The notes beneath the pieces were generated by a model. That model was given only the letters and a program-made list of their open reading frames with translations, was not told the origin of the DNA and did not search any database. Shown here piece by piece: positions 10,559 through 20,348 of a DNA stretch of 64,000 nt. Origin of the DNA: Candidatus Metalachnospira gallinarum. GTDB lineage: Bacteria > Bacillota > Clostridia > Lachnospirales > Anaerotignaceae. Each line of letters opens with the position of its first letter. Position 1 is the stretch's first letter. The DNA lies in assembly GCA_904387325.1 (NCBI GenBank), contig CAJFLG010000007.1, forward strand, positions 4,069 through 68,068. The letters run 5' to 3'. The translations under genes and the position numbers were made by a program.

Positions 10559-10587
10559 ATTTTAGCATTATTCTTTTAAAAAAACAA
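10559..10587 (-). promoter_or_regulatory. Candidate sigma-A promoter of the moaC-mod operon
   Basis: Minus strand: TTGTTT, 17 nt, TAAAAT, with TGc immediately upstream (extended -10). About 25 nt upstream of the moaC RBS. Confidence 0.35.
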
Positions 10588-10702
10588 CGCTTTTTAAACA
10601 GCAGCCGCTTAAAGAAATAAAAAGATTCATCTTATATCAATTCTTTTAGGCAGCCGAAAGTAAAAACTGTCATTCCATCTTAATTAAAATTCTTTTTACC
10701 GC

Positions 10703-10752
10703 AAAAAACAGGCGTGGAAAGCCTGCCGCAAAGGCATTCTCCCGCGCCTGTC
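10703..10752 (-). terminator. Rho-independent terminator of the pyr operon
   Basis: Minus strand: ACAGGCG...CGCCTGT with inner GCCT/AGGC pairing, followed by TTTTTT. About 15 nt after the pyrI stop. Confidence 0.6.
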
Positions 10753-10767
10753 ATAGGATTTGTTATT

Positions 10768-11190
10768 TTACTGTTTCTTAGCCTTGCTTTCGCAGTAAAT
10801 GCATCTGTAAACGCCCTTCTCCCTGTCGGTGAGCTTGAATATATGGGGAAGCTCCTGCTCGACGGATGTTATGCATCTGGGATTCTTGCACTTGATGACG
10901 TTTACTACCCTCTCGGGAAGGCTAAGCTTTTTCTTCTCAACGGTCACGCCGTCACGGATAATGTTGACCGTTATGCCGGGATCAACATATCCAAGCACGT
11001 CAAGGTCAAGGTCGATAAGGCTGTCAATCTTTATTATGTCTTTCTTGCCCAGTTTCTGGCTGACGCCGTTTTTTATTATAGCCACGGAGCAGTCCAGCTT
11101 TTCAAGCCCGAGCACCTCATAGAGATACATGCCCTTTCCGGCCTTTATATGGTCGATAACGATACCGTTTTTTATAGAATCTATGGTCAT
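10768..11190 (-). CDS. pyrI: Aspartate carbamoyltransferase regulatory chain
   Basis: 140 aa. IKNGIVIDHI N-domain and a C-terminal Zn site CKNPRCIT...YRCIYC. Confidence 0.9.
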   Translation of the reverse strand: MTIDSIKNGIVIDHIKAGKGMYLYEVLGLEKLDCSVAIIKNGVSQKLGKKDIIKIDSLIDLDLDVLGYVDPGITVNIIRDGVTVEKKKLSLPERVVNVIKCKNPRCITSVEQELPHIFKLTDREKGVYRCIYCESKAKKQ

Positions 11191-11192
11191 TT

Positions 11193-12110
11193 TTATACCT
11201 CCATTCCAAGCATTTTAAGTATAAGCGCCATTCTTATATATTTTCCGTTGAGCGCCTGTCTGAAGTAGCTGGCTCTCTCGTCATTGTCCACGGCTACGGA
11301 TATTTCGTTTACCCTGGGAAGGGGATGGAGTATCCTCATGGACTTTTTGGCGTTTACGAGCTTTTCAGGAGTAAGTATATAGCTGTCTTTAAGTCTTATA
11401 TAGTCCTGCTCATTGAAAAATCTTTCCCTCTGCACCCTTGTCATATAGAGGATGTCAAGCTCGGGCATTGCCGCCTCAAGATCTGCGTTCTCCTCATAGG
11501 GGATTCCCTTCTTCTCAATCACGTCGACCTTGATGTAATCGGGGAGCTTAAGTTCTTCGGGAGAGATGAGCACGAACTTGATATTTTCATATCTTGCCAT
11601 AGCCTCTATGAGCGAATGTACTGTTCTTCCAAACTTAAGGTCTCCGCAGAGTCCTATTGTAAGTCCGGAAAGCCTTCCCATCTCCCTGTGGATGGTGAGC
11701 AGGTCGGTAAGCGTCTGTGTAGGATGGTTATGTCCTCCGTCTCCGGCGTTGATGATGGGCACGTCGCTCTTCATGGAAGCAACAAGGGGAGCTCCCTCCT
11801 TCGGATGGCGCATAGCGATAATGTCGGCGTAGCAGCTTACGACCTTAACCGTATCGGCAACGCTTTCCCCTTTGGACGCCGATGAGCTTGCCGCCTCTGA
11901 AAATCCGAGAACGCTTCCGCCAAGCTCAAGCATAGCCGACTCAAAGGAAAGCCTTGTCCTTGTTGAAGGCTCAAAGAAGAGTGTGGCAAGTTTTTTTCCG
12001 TGGCACACGTCCATATATTTGTCATGGTTTCCGATTATGTCATACGCTCTTTCTATGAGCTCGTCAATTTCCTCGGTTGAAAGGTCAAGGATATCTATAA
12101 GATTTCTCAT
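11193..12110 (-). CDS. pyrB: Aspartate carbamoyltransferase catalytic subunit
   Basis: 305 aa with the FFEPSTRTR and HPTQ motifs. Confidence 0.95.
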   Translation of the reverse strand: MRNLIDILDLSTEEIDELIERAYDIIGNHDKYMDVCHGKKLATLFFEPSTRTRLSFESAMLELGGSVLGFSEAASSSASKGESVADTVKVVSCYADIIAMRHPKEGAPLVASMKSDVPIINAGDGGHNHPTQTLTDLLTIHREMGRLSGLTIGLCGDLKFGRTVHSLIEAMARYENIKFVLISPEELKLPDYIKVDVIEKKGIPYEENADLEAAMPELDILYMTRVQRERFFNEQDYIRLKDSYILTPEKLVNAKKSMRILHPLPRVNEISVAVDNDERASYFRQALNGKYIRMALILKMLGMEV

Positions 12111-12754
12111 TTTGTACCTCCAATCCAGCTCTCGTCATCGGGATTGTTCCTGAACGCCATAAGTTTTGCCACCGCGTCTTTGGCGATATATCCTTCTTCG
12201 GCCGCCACTTCAACGATAACGTCAAAATTTGTAAGGCTGATGTTTTTCACGTTTGCAGCTGCAAGTCTGTCAAGGCCCTTCTTCATGCCGTATGTAAATA
12301 TGCTGGCGATTCCGAGCACTTCGGCTCCTGCCTCTCTGAGAGCCTCAACGACCTCGATGGCGCTTCCGCCGGTTGAAATAAGATCCTCGATAACGACTAC
12401 CTTCTGGCCTTTTTCAAGTTTTCCCTCGATCCTGTTGTTCCTGCCGTGATCCTTTGCTCCGGAGCGGACATATCCCATGGGCATATTAAGTATATGGCCT
12501 GTAATGGCCGCATGCGCGATGCCGGCCGTGCTTGTTCCCATAAGCACCTCGCACTCGGGATATTCGCTCTTTACTACCTCGGCAAGGGCATTCTCAACGT
12601 CGTCCCTTACCTTAGGCGCCGTAAGAGTAAGTCTGTTGTCGCAGTAAATGGGACTTTTGATTCCGCTGGCCCATGTAAATGGCTCCTCGGGTCTTAAAAA
12701 TACGGCTCCTATAGAAAGCAGATCCTTCGCAATAAGTTTCTGAACATTTTCCAT
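12107..12754 (-). CDS. pyrE: Orotate phosphoribosyltransferase
   Basis: 215 aa. PRPP-binding [17 protein letters not shown] overlap with pyrB. Confidence 0.9.
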   Translation of the reverse strand: MENVQKLIAKDLLSIGAVFLRPEEPFTWASGIKSPIYCDNRLTLTAPKVRDDVENALAEVVKSEYPECEVLMGTSTAGIAHAAITGHILNMPMGYVRSGAKDHGRNNRIEGKLEKGQKVVVIEDLISTGGSAIEVVEALREAGAEVLGIASIFTYGMKKGLDRLAAANVKNISLTNFDVIVEVAAEEGYIAKDAVAKLMAFRNNPDDESWIGGTK

Positions 12755-12766
12755 TTTTATCTCTCC

Positions 12767-13465
12767 TTATCCTATAAATTCCTCAACGCATCTCTCATAG
12801 GCCGCAACCGGGTCATCCGCCTGGGTTATCGGTCTTCCAACAACGATGTAGTCCGAGCCTATCTCCTTTGCCTTTGCCGGAGTTGTGATCCTTACCTGGT
12901 CTCCGGCCTCGCCGTCCGCAAAACGTATTCCCGGAGTCACTGTCACGAAACCGTTTCCGCATACTCCGTGTACCTTTCCTGCCTCAAGCGGCGAGCAGAC
13001 TACTCCGTCAAGTCCGGCGTCGGCTGCGTTTTTGGCGTAGTGCATTACCGTTTCCTCAAGGCTCTTATTTATGTAAAGCTCCTTCTGCATTCTTTCCTCA
13101 TCGGTGGATGTAAGCTGGGTAACGGCGATAAGCAGGGGGCGTGTGCCGTCTTCCCTTGTAAGCCCCTTTATGGCGGCCTCCATCATCGCTATCGTACCGG
13201 CGGCGTGGACGTTTACCATATCAACGTCAAGTCCCGAAAGCACCTTCATAGCTTTCATTACCGTATTGGGTATGTCATGGAGCTTAAGGTCAAGGAATAT
13301 CTTGTGTCCTCTTTTTTTGATCTCCCTTACGATTTCCGGACCCTCAGCGTAAAAAAGCTCCATTCCTATTTTCACAAATGGCTTTTTCCCTGTAAATTTG
13401 TCAAGGAAAGCGAATGTTTCCTCGGCGCTGTTGAAATCGCAGGCTATAATAACGTCTTTTCCCAT
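12767..13465 (-). CDS. pyrF: Orotidine 5'-phosphate decarboxylase
   Basis: 232 aa. IIACDF...FVKIGMELF...[12 protein letters not shown] motifs. Confidence 0.9.
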   Translation of the reverse strand: MGKDVIIACDFNSAEETFAFLDKFTGKKPFVKIGMELFYAEGPEIVREIKKRGHKIFLDLKLHDIPNTVMKAMKVLSGLDVDMVNVHAAGTIAMMEAAIKGLTREDGTRPLLIAVTQLTSTDEERMQKELYINKSLEETVMHYAKNAADAGLDGVVCSPLEAGKVHGVCGNGFVTVTPGIRFADGEAGDQVRITTPAKAKEIGSDYIVVGRPITQADDPVAAYERCVEEFIG

Positions 13466-14376
13466 CAGTGCGCACCTCCTATAATGCTCGTCAGGTCGTC
13501 TATTTTATACTTTTCCATTGTTTTCGGAAGTTCCTCGATTATATTTTTGCAGGCATAGGGCTCAACGAGGTTGGCGGCTCCAACCTGCACTGCCGTCGCG
13601 CCGGCAAGCATCATCTCTATGACATCATCGGCGCTTGACACTCCGCCCATACCGATTATAGGCACCTTTACGGCTTCATACACCTGATAAACCATTCTCA
13701 GCGCCACGGGGAATATGGCCGCTCCGGAAAAGCCTCCCATCTTGTTGGCGATTACCGGCTTTTTCGTTCTGAGGTCTATCCTCATGCCAAGAAGCGTATT
13801 TATCATGCTTATTCCGTCGGCTCCGGCGTCCTCGCAGGCTTTAGCTATCTCTACTATATCCGTTACGTTGGGACTGAGCTTTATATATACCGGCTTTGTG
13901 GTAACTGCCTTCACTGCCTTTGTGACCTCCGCGGCGGCCTTAGCAGATGTTCCGAATGCCATTCCTCCGTTATGCACGTTGGGACAGCTTACGTTTACCT
14001 CTATCAGACCGACCTGTTCTTCCTTATCTATTCTCTCACAGCAATAGGCGTATTCATCCACGGAAAATCCACTTATGTTCGCTATGACTTTTTTATTAAA
14101 ACACTTTTTCAGCTTTGGAAGTTCCTCGGATATGACCTTATCTATGCCCGGATTCTGAAGTCCAACGGAATTTATCATTCCGTTGGGGCACTCGGCTATC
14201 CTTGGAGTGGGATTTCCGAATCTCGGCTCCCTTGTCGTTCCCTTGAAGGAAAAGCTGCCGAGGATATTTATATCGTAGAGCTCGGCGAACTCATACCCAA
14301 AGCCGAATGTTCCGCTGGCGGGGATAACGGGATTGTCAAGCTCAAGTCCGCTTAACGATACCTTTGTGTTTACCAT
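13465..14376 (-). CDS. pyrD: Dihydroorotate dehydrogenase B, catalytic subunit
   Basis: 303 aa. [13 protein letters not shown]...NSVGLQNPG...VNVSCPNV motifs. Paired with pyrK. Confidence 0.9.
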   Translation of the reverse strand: MVNTKVSLSGLELDNPVIPASGTFGFGYEFAELYDINILGSFSFKGTTREPRFGNPTPRIAECPNGMINSVGLQNPGIDKVISEELPKLKKCFNKKVIANISGFSVDEYAYCCERIDKEEQVGLIEVNVSCPNVHNGGMAFGTSAKAAAEVTKAVKAVTTKPVYIKLSPNVTDIVEIAKACEDAGADGISMINTLLGMRIDLRTKKPVIANKMGGFSGAAIFPVALRMVYQVYEAVKVPIIGMGGVSSADDVIEMMLAGATAVQVGAANLVEPYACKNIIEELPKTMEKYKIDDLTSIIGGAH

Positions 14377-15101
14377 ATTATCTCCTCCTTCTCAAGAACG
14401 GGGCCGTCCTTGCATATCCTCTTTCTTCCGTATTTTGTCTCGCAGCTGCATCCCATGCATGCTCCGAAGCCGCAGCCCATTCTTTCCTCAAAGCTGAACT
14501 GTCCGCTTGTATTTATTGAGTTATACACTGCCTTGAGCATGGGCTCAGGTCCGCATGTATAAACGTATGTATAATCCATATCCTTGATGGCGTCGGTGAC
14601 GAATCCCTTTACTCCAACGCTACCGTCCGCCGTGGCGATTATTACGTCCGCTCCGAGCTTTTTAAATTCCTCCTCGCAGAATATCTCATCCGCCTTATTA
14701 AATCCCATAACGACCGCGGGCTTCTTTCCCCCGGCGATGAGCTTTCTGCAAAGGTAATACATGGGCGGCACGCCGGCTCCTCCTCCGATAAGCAGGGGCC
14801 TGTCCCCGCTCTTTGTAAGGTCATATCCGTTGCCAAGTCCCGTAAGTATGTCAAGCTTCGCTCCTTTTTCAAGGCCTGCCATATATTCCGTTCCCTTTCC
14901 AACAACTTTATAAATAAGGCCGAGCCTTCCTTCGTCACAGTCGTACACGGATATGGGCCTGCGCAGGAAAAATCCGTCCAGCTTTATGTTTACGAACTGT
15001 CCCGCGGCCGTAACGTCCGACGTGTCGCCCTCCAGCTCCATCCTGTAAGTGTTAAGGGCGATACATTCGTTTGCCCTAACGGTAAAAATACTTTGTTTCA
15101 T
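14370..15101 (-). CDS. pyrK: Dihydroorotate dehydrogenase B, electron-transfer (FAD/2Fe-2S) subunit
   Basis: 243 aa. RRPISV FAD motif and a C-terminal cluster CGFGACMGCSC...C. Confidence 0.9.
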   Translation of the reverse strand: MKQSIFTVRANECIALNTYRMELEGDTSDVTAAGQFVNIKLDGFFLRRPISVYDCDEGRLGLIYKVVGKGTEYMAGLEKGAKLDILTGLGNGYDLTKSGDRPLLIGGGAGVPPMYYLCRKLIAGGKKPAVVMGFNKADEIFCEEEFKKLGADVIIATADGSVGVKGFVTDAIKDMDYTYVYTCGPEPMLKAVYNSINTSGQFSFEERMGCGFGACMGCSCETKYGRKRICKDGPVLEKEEIIW

Positions 15102-15105
15102 AATC

Positions 15106-16368
15106 TCACCCTTTATAAACTATCCTGCCGTCAACCATCGTCATAAGGCATTTGCCGTAAACCTTCCAGCCCTCAAAAGGAGTGCTTCTTCCCTTTGTAT
15201 GGAATTTCTCCGGATCAACGGTATATTCCTCATCCAGGTCAAAAACTGTAAGATCGGCCTTTTCCCCTTCTTTTATCGAAGCTCCTATACCGAAACGCTT
15301 TTTAGCGTTGACGTTTAACAGCTCCACCGCCTTCTCAAGGGTAATTACTCCCTTCCTCACAAGTTCAGTATATACTATGGGGAAGGCCGTTTCCAGTCCG
15401 ACAACGCCCATAAGGCTTTTTTCAAGTCCTTTGCTCTTCTCTTCCTTTGTGTGCGGAGCGTGATCCGTGGCTATGACGTCTATCGTTCCGTCCTTTAATC
15501 CCTCGATAAGCGCCTGCCTGTCGCTCTCGTCCCTTATCGGAGGGTTCATCTTGAATCTTCCTTCCTCCTGAAGATCCATATCATTCATAACAAGATAATG
15601 GGGGCCGGTCTCGCAGCTTATGTTTACACCGTCCTTTTTTGCCTGCCTTATGAGCTCTACGCTTTCCTTAGTCGATATATGGCAGACGTGATAAGCGCAT
15701 CCTGTCTCCTTAACGAGTTCTATATCCCTTTCTATCTGTTTCCATTCGCTTTCGGAGCAAATGCCTCTGTGCCCATGGAGCGCGGCGTATTTTCCGTCAT
15801 GGATATACCCGCCGTTAAGCAGTTCGTTTACCTCGCAGTGGGCGGCGATGACCTTTCCGAGCCTTTTGGCCTCCGTCATTGCCTTTCTCATCATATCATC
15901 ATTCTGCACTCCATGCCCATCGTCTGAAAAGGCGAAGGCATAGGGCGCCATTCCTTCAAGATCCGCCAGTTTTTCTCCCTTTTCCCCGACGGTTATGGCT
16001 CCATAGGGATAGACATGTACTACCGCCGTTTTTTCTATTATTTCTTCTTCTTTTTTTATGTTCTCAGCGGAATCCGGCACCGGATCGAGGTTTGGCATGG
16101 CGCATACCGAGGTATATCCTCCGGCCGCGGCCGCCATGGAACCGGTCTCTATCGTCTCCTTACGCAAAAAACCCGGTTCTCTCAGATGAACATGAACATC
16201 TGTAAAACCGGGAAAAATATATTTATTATCAAAATCAAAGGAAACAACGCCCTCATTTGAATGGAAGCCGCTGTCAAAGGAAACGATCATACCGTCTTTG
16301 ATATATATATCGGTTTTCCTGAATCCGCCGTCAATATATACATTCGCGTTTCTCAATAAATACTCCAT
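15106..16368 (-). CDS. pyrC: Dihydroorotase
   Basis: DVHVHLREPG metal-binding motif and ATDHAPH. GGAGGG lies 7 nt before the ATG at 16366-16368. The upstream 15 codons of the track ORF were treated as an over-extension. Confidence 0.9.
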   Translation of the reverse strand: MEYLLRNANVYIDGGFRKTDIYIKDGMIVSFDSGFHSNEGVVSFDFDNKYIFPGFTDVHVHLREPGFLRKETIETGSMAAAAGGYTSVCAMPNLDPVPDSAENIKKEEEIIEKTAVVHVYPYGAITVGEKGEKLADLEGMAPYAFAFSDDGHGVQNDDMMRKAMTEAKRLGKVIAAHCEVNELLNGGYIHDGKYAALHGHRGICSESEWKQIERDIELVKETGCAYHVCHISTKESVELIRQAKKDGVNISCETGPHYLVMNDMDLQEEGRFKMNPPIRDESDRQALIEGLKDGTIDVIATDHAPHTKEEKSKGLEKSLMGVVGLETAFPIVYTELVRKGVITLEKAVELLNVNAKKRFGIGASIKEGEKADLTVFDLDEEYTVDPEKFHTKGRSTPFEGWKVYGKCLMTMVDGRIVYKG

Positions 16369-16403
16369 CGATTTCCCTCCGTTCCCATTATTACACCGCA
16401 GAT

Positions 16404-16433
16404 ATTTTATCATCAGGGCTATAACACTGTCAA
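16404..16433 (-). promoter_or_regulatory. Candidate sigma-A promoter of the pyr operon
   Basis: Minus strand: TTGACA (16428-16433), 18 nt, TAAAAT (16404-16409). About 35 nt upstream of the pyrC ATG. Confidence 0.4.
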
Positions 16434-16493
16434 GGGCGAAAAGTATTTTATTTTACAGGGCTTAACAAACATTTTGTTTTTCCGACGCCGCTT

Positions 16494-17417
16494 TTAAATA
16501 ACGCTCACGCTCATAACCGTCATAAACAAAAAGTATACTATTGTTATTATCGTCAGAGGTCTTTTAAAAAAGCACTTCACCGTTTCCGAAGCCGGCTTTT
16601 CTGAATTGAAATAGCCTCCTATATTTTTTAGATTAATAACAAGCAGTACGGCTGATACCGCCGCGCAGACATACATAAACAGGCTGTCGGCTATCCAAAG
16701 ATACTCTATCCTGTTCATCAGATGTCCCGTGACCTCAACAAAGGCATTGTTTAAAACATGCAGCGCTATGGCCGCCCCAAGGGAATATTCCACCGCTATA
16801 TATCCGAAAAGCACGCCCATAAGGAATGTCACGGGAAGCTGAACGATGTTCTGATGCATAAGCGAAAAGAGCATGGCCGCGACAAGTATGGCGAATGTTT
16901 TGCCGTATGGCCGCAGTTTTTTCAGAATGAGTCCCCTGAAAAACAGTTCCTCCATCAGCGGAGCTACAGCCACGGAATATAAGAGGCTTGAAAAATATAT
17001 CGAAGGGTCGCTTGCCGCCGACGATGCTGCCTCAAAGTTATATCCCGCCTGATAGAACAGCCCTTCCAGCGGCACCAGCATCAAAGTGCATATAAGCTGT
17101 ATTCCCTGCATTACTACAAAAAACATAATCAGCCCTTTTATGCCTATGGTTTTTGTTTTCCCAAAGTCCGGCTTTTCTCTTACGATGACAAATGACAAAA
17201 GCGTCGGAAATGTTGACGCCGCAATCAGCGCGAAGCCCGTGTTGAATACAAGATTTAAAAGCTCCTCATAGTTTATGTCCGGTCTTGCGCCGACAACATA
17301 TATAGCGTATCCCATGCTTACGGCCTCGTGTATGAGATAGAAAAGCACGTTATACAATATAAATATAAGGATTATCCCGTTAAATGATTTTTTAGCCGTT
17401 ATTCTGTCAAATTCCAC
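16494..17417 (-). CDS. CPBP-family intramembrane glutamic endopeptidase (CAAX protease-like)
   Basis: 307 aa polytopic protein. EELFFRG, FSLMH and HVLNN motifs define the CPBP/Abi family. Confidence 0.8.
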   Translation of the reverse strand: MEFDRITAKKSFNGIILIFILYNVLFYLIHEAVSMGYAIYVVGARPDINYEELLNLVFNTGFALIAASTFPTLLSFVIVREKPDFGKTKTIGIKGLIMFFVVMQGIQLICTLMLVPLEGLFYQAGYNFEAASSAASDPSIYFSSLLYSVAVAPLMEELFFRGLILKKLRPYGKTFAILVAAMLFSLMHQNIVQLPVTFLMGVLFGYIAVEYSLGAAIALHVLNNAFVEVTGHLMNRIEYLWIADSLFMYVCAAVSAVLLVINLKNIGGYFNSEKPASETVKCFFKRPLTIITIVYFLFMTVMSVSVI

Positions 17418-17611
17418 TTCATCATCTCCTGTCGTTTCGTATCAATAAGTATAAATTAAATGTGTCTCAAACATCAACCGAACAATTCCCTAATTTTTTA
17501 CATCATTTCTCCAAAAAATACCTGACATATTTAAAATTCGCCGTGAAATAATACTATCGTAACACAAAAGGTTACAAACATTCGATATACAAATCAGGAG
17601 GTTGATTTTAA

Positions 17612-17824
17612 ATGTCATCTAACAACAGTTCAAGCAAAGCAAGCGTTCCCGAAGCAAGAGAAGCGCTTGATCAGTTTAAGTATGAAGTAGCCCAGGAGCT
17701 TAACATTCCTTTAAAAAGAGGATACAACGGAGACCTTACTTCCGCTCAGAACGGTTATGTAGGCGGATATATGGTTAAGAAAATGATCGAGGCGCAGGAA
17801 AAACAGATGTCAGGAATGCGCTGA
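17612..17824 (+). CDS. Alpha/beta-type small acid-soluble spore protein
   Basis: 70 aa. EALDQFKYEVAQELNIPL...GDLTSAQNGYVGGYMVKKMI matches the two conserved SASP blocks. AGGAGG RBS present. Confidence 0.9.
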   Translation: MSSNNSSSKASVPEAREALDQFKYEVAQELNIPLKRGYNGDLTSAQNGYVGGYMVKKMIEAQEKQMSGMR

Positions 17825-17884
17825 GCATAACGGATAAACAATCCTATATTCTGTTTCAGGAGGGCTTTTCCAAAGCATTGGCTT

Positions 17885-17910
17885 GGGAAGGCCCTTCCCT
17901 TTATATTTTT
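17885..17910 (+). terminator. Terminator-like hairpin after the SASP gene
   Basis: GGGAAG-GCC-CTTCCC followed by TTTATATTTTT. It abuts the 3' end of the convergent gene. Confidence 0.45.
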
Positions 17911-18628
17911 ACCATTCCCAGCCGTCGGGATACTGTATCTCTTCCAATATGCCAAAAAACAATGATATGTTTCCGTCCTTCGTATGCTCCCTCATGGCCT
18001 TTTCCTTGGAATAATATTCCTCATCGCGCTGGGCCAGCTTTCTGACTGAGTTTAAAAGCTCGGCATCCCCGCAGCCAGCGTTTAAATATCTCACATTTAT
18101 TATGTCCACCCAGTCTTTGCAGAATCCCCTGTATCTCAGCTCTTTTCCCCGTTCGGCTATTCCTTGTATCTCCGTGAACATATCGTCTCCGACATATTTT
18201 CTTATGGCGTCATATATCAGCGTCTGGAAAAACTTTATATATGACTTATAAAGATACTTTCTCTCTTTTATTTTCTGCGCTACCAGCGAGCTTTTTCCCG
18301 CGGTTTTGTTTATATAAAATTCTTCCCCGTCGGAAAGTTCCATATAGTCGTTAAGCACGTCGGCGATAAAAAACGCCTCCGGAAAAAGCACGGAAAACTT
18401 GTAGCAGGGCGTGTCAAAATTTGTTTTATAGCTGTCCCTCTCGGCTCTGTAAGCGTGAAGAAGCTCAAAAACAAACTTCTGCACCACGTCATGCACCTCT
18501 GAGTAGCCGTCATAGCTTGTCTTGTCTCCGGCAAGGTCGCTGATTGCTTCCCTCAGCGCGAAAAGATCCTCGTAGTCTCCGGAAATATTTATGCCGGCGT
18601 TGTTCTCGGTTATTTCTGCGATAAGCAT
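17909..18628 (-). CDS. Hypothetical cytoplasmic protein, no recognisable family
   Basis: 239-aa ORF with no antisense competitor of comparable length. No TM segment or signal peptide. No motif was recognised. Confidence 0.55.
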   Translation of the reverse strand: MLIAEITENNAGINISGDYEDLFALREAISDLAGDKTSYDGYSEVHDVVQKFVFELLHAYRAERDSYKTNFDTPCYKFSVLFPEAFFIADVLNDYMELSDGEEFYINKTAGKSSLVAQKIKERKYLYKSYIKFFQTLIYDAIRKYVGDDMFTEIQGIAERGKELRYRGFCKDWVDIINVRYLNAGCGDAELLNSVRKLAQRDEEYYSKEKAMREHTKDGNISLFFGILEEIQYPDGWEW

Positions 18629-18817
18629 TTTCAGTCCTTCTTTCTATCGATTTTTAATATATTGTAACATATCGGCGCCCATTAATAAATCGCCGCGCCT
18701 AAATTTACGCCATTTGTTTTTCCGTTTGATTCTCTTTTTATACGAACGGATTGATATTGTGTTTTTCGGAAATTGTGATATACTTGTAAAGATATTCAAA
18801 ACGGAGGCGTTTTTAAA

Positions 18818-20008
18818 ATGCATAACTGGCTTGTAAAAAAATTTATAAAAGATTATGAAAATACAGGAGATATAAACGTCAGAGCCGCCTATGGAAAGCT
18901 CTCCGGAAAGGTCGGGATATTCTGCAACGCCTTTTTGTTTTTAGGCAAGTTTATTGTGGGAACCGTATCCGGCAGCGTTTCCATTACTGCCGACGCTGTA
19001 AACAACCTTTCCGACGCCGCCTCAAGCATTATAAGCCTGATAGGTTTCAAAATGGCTGAGAAGCCCGCAGACGCAGACCATCCCTACGGGCACGCCAGAT
19101 ACGAATATCTTTCCGGCCTTACAGTGGCCGTAATGATAATCCTTATCGGCGTGGAGCTTTTCAAGAGCAGCCTGGACAAGGTGCTGAATCCTTCTCCGGT
19201 CGATTTCAGCGCCGCAGCGGCTGTCGTGCTCATAGGCTCCATAGTCGTAAAGCTGTGGATGTCTCTTTTTAACAGAGCTCTCGGCAAAAAAATAAATTCC
19301 GCCACCCTTGAGGCCACATCGGCAGACAGCAGGAACGATGTCATATCGACTTCCGCCGTGCTTATAGCGGCTCTTATAACGCATTTCGCGAAGGTCGACC
19401 TGGACGGATATATGGGTGTAGCCGTGGCGGTGTTCATTCTCTACAGCGGCATCGGCCTTGTGAAGGACACCCTTGATCCTCTTCTTGGCTCGGCTCCCGA
19501 CCCGGCTCTCGTCGATCATATACAGAAAAAAATATTAAGCTATGACGGCGTTCTCGGAACCCATGACCTTATGATACACGATTATGGCCCCGGAAGAAAA
19601 TTCGCCAGCGTACATGTGGAAATGGCCGCCGAGGACGACGTTATCAAAAGCCATGACGTGATCGACAACATTGAAAGGGACTTTCTTGAAAACGAGAATC
19701 TGAATCTTATAGTGCATTATGATCCGATTATTACCGGAGACGAAAAAATAAACGACCTGAGAAGCTGGCTTTCGGATCAGGTAAAAGCCATCAACCCGGA
19801 GCTCAGCATACACGATCTTAGGGTCGTTCCGGGAAACACCCATACGAATCTTATTTTTGACTGTGTCATGCCCTATGACATAAATATGACTGAGTCAGAA
19901 CTCAAGAGGGAGATACGGAAACGAGTCAATCTGAAATACCCCGATTACTACTGCGTTATGACCATAGACTCAAGCTATGCCGCCATGCCGCACACAAGGG
20001 AAAACTGA
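18818..20008 (+). CDS. Cation diffusion facilitator (CDF) family metal efflux transporter
   Basis: 396 aa. N-terminal six-TM domain with the ITADAVNNLSDA and HPYGHARYE motifs, plus a C-terminal cytoplasmic ZT dimer domain. Confidence 0.9.
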   Translation: MHNWLVKKFIKDYENTGDINVRAAYGKLSGKVGIFCNAFLFLGKFIVGTVSGSVSITADAVNNLSDAASSIISLIGFKMAEKPADADHPYGHARYEYLSGLTVAVMIILIGVELFKSSLDKVLNPSPVDFSAAAAVVLIGSIVVKLWMSLFNRALGKKINSATLEATSADSRNDVISTSAVLIAALITHFAKVDLDGYMGVAVAVFILYSGIGLVKDTLDPLLGSAPDPALVDHIQKKILSYDGVLGTHDLMIHDYGPGRKFASVHVEMAAEDDVIKSHDVIDNIERDFLENENLNLIVHYDPIITGDEKINDLRSWLSDQVKAINPELSIHDLRVVPGNTHTNLIFDCVMPYDINMTESELKREIRKRVNLKYPDYYCVMTIDSSYAAMPHTREN

Positions 20009-20014
20009 AATTTA

Positions 20015-20046
20015 TAAAGGCTTCTGTCTTTTCAGGCAGAAGCCTT
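20015..20046. terminator. Terminator hairpin, copy 1
   Basis: AAAGGCTTCTGTC-TTTTCA-GGCAGAAGCCTTT, 7 nt after the CDF stop. A near-identical copy is at 20285-20312. Confidence 0.6.
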
Positions 20047-20134
20047 TGCGTGTCGAAAAAGTCCTTCAGGACTTTTTCGAGTTTAAATTAAGGCAATAAA
20101 TCCCTATTTCTGCGAAAAGCCCTGAACTTTGTCA

Positions 20135-20198
20135 GGGCGCAGAAATACGGGATTTTCCTCGGCGGAAGGCGCAGAAATACGGGATTTTCCTCGGCGGA
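20135..20198. repeat. Perfect 32-bp tandem duplication
   Basis: GGCGCAGAAATACGGGATTTTCCTCGGCGGAA occurs at 20135-20166 and again at 20167-20198 with no spacer. Confidence 0.95.
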
Positions 20199-20284
20199 AA
20201 TGAATTCCGCCTGCGGATTAAACTCGGGAGGGTAAAACCCTCCCGAACCCTTCCACTCACAATGGATTAGTTTTTTGACAGGCT

Positions 20285-20316
20285 GAGGCTTCCGTCTTTT
20301 CAGACAGAAGCCTTTT
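20285..20316. terminator. Terminator hairpin, copy 2
   Basis: AGGCTTCCGTC-TTTTCA-GACAGAAGCCT followed by TTTTT. 33 nt from the stop of the convergent AEC transporter gene. Confidence 0.55.
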
Positions 20317-20348
20317 TATTATGCATTGATATATTTCAAACATCGCTT

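Noticed and set aside
17520-17611. Forespore (sigma-G or sigma-F) promoter upstream of the SASP gene.
   Set aside because: One is expected biologically. However, I could not align a convincing -35 GnATA / -10 CATAnTA pair at the correct spacing by eye, so no promoter is called.
20135-20198. Possible CRISPR array, because of the exact 32-bp repeat.
   Set aside because: There are only two copies, directly adjacent with no spacer, and no cas genes or leader. This is a tandem duplication, not a CRISPR array.
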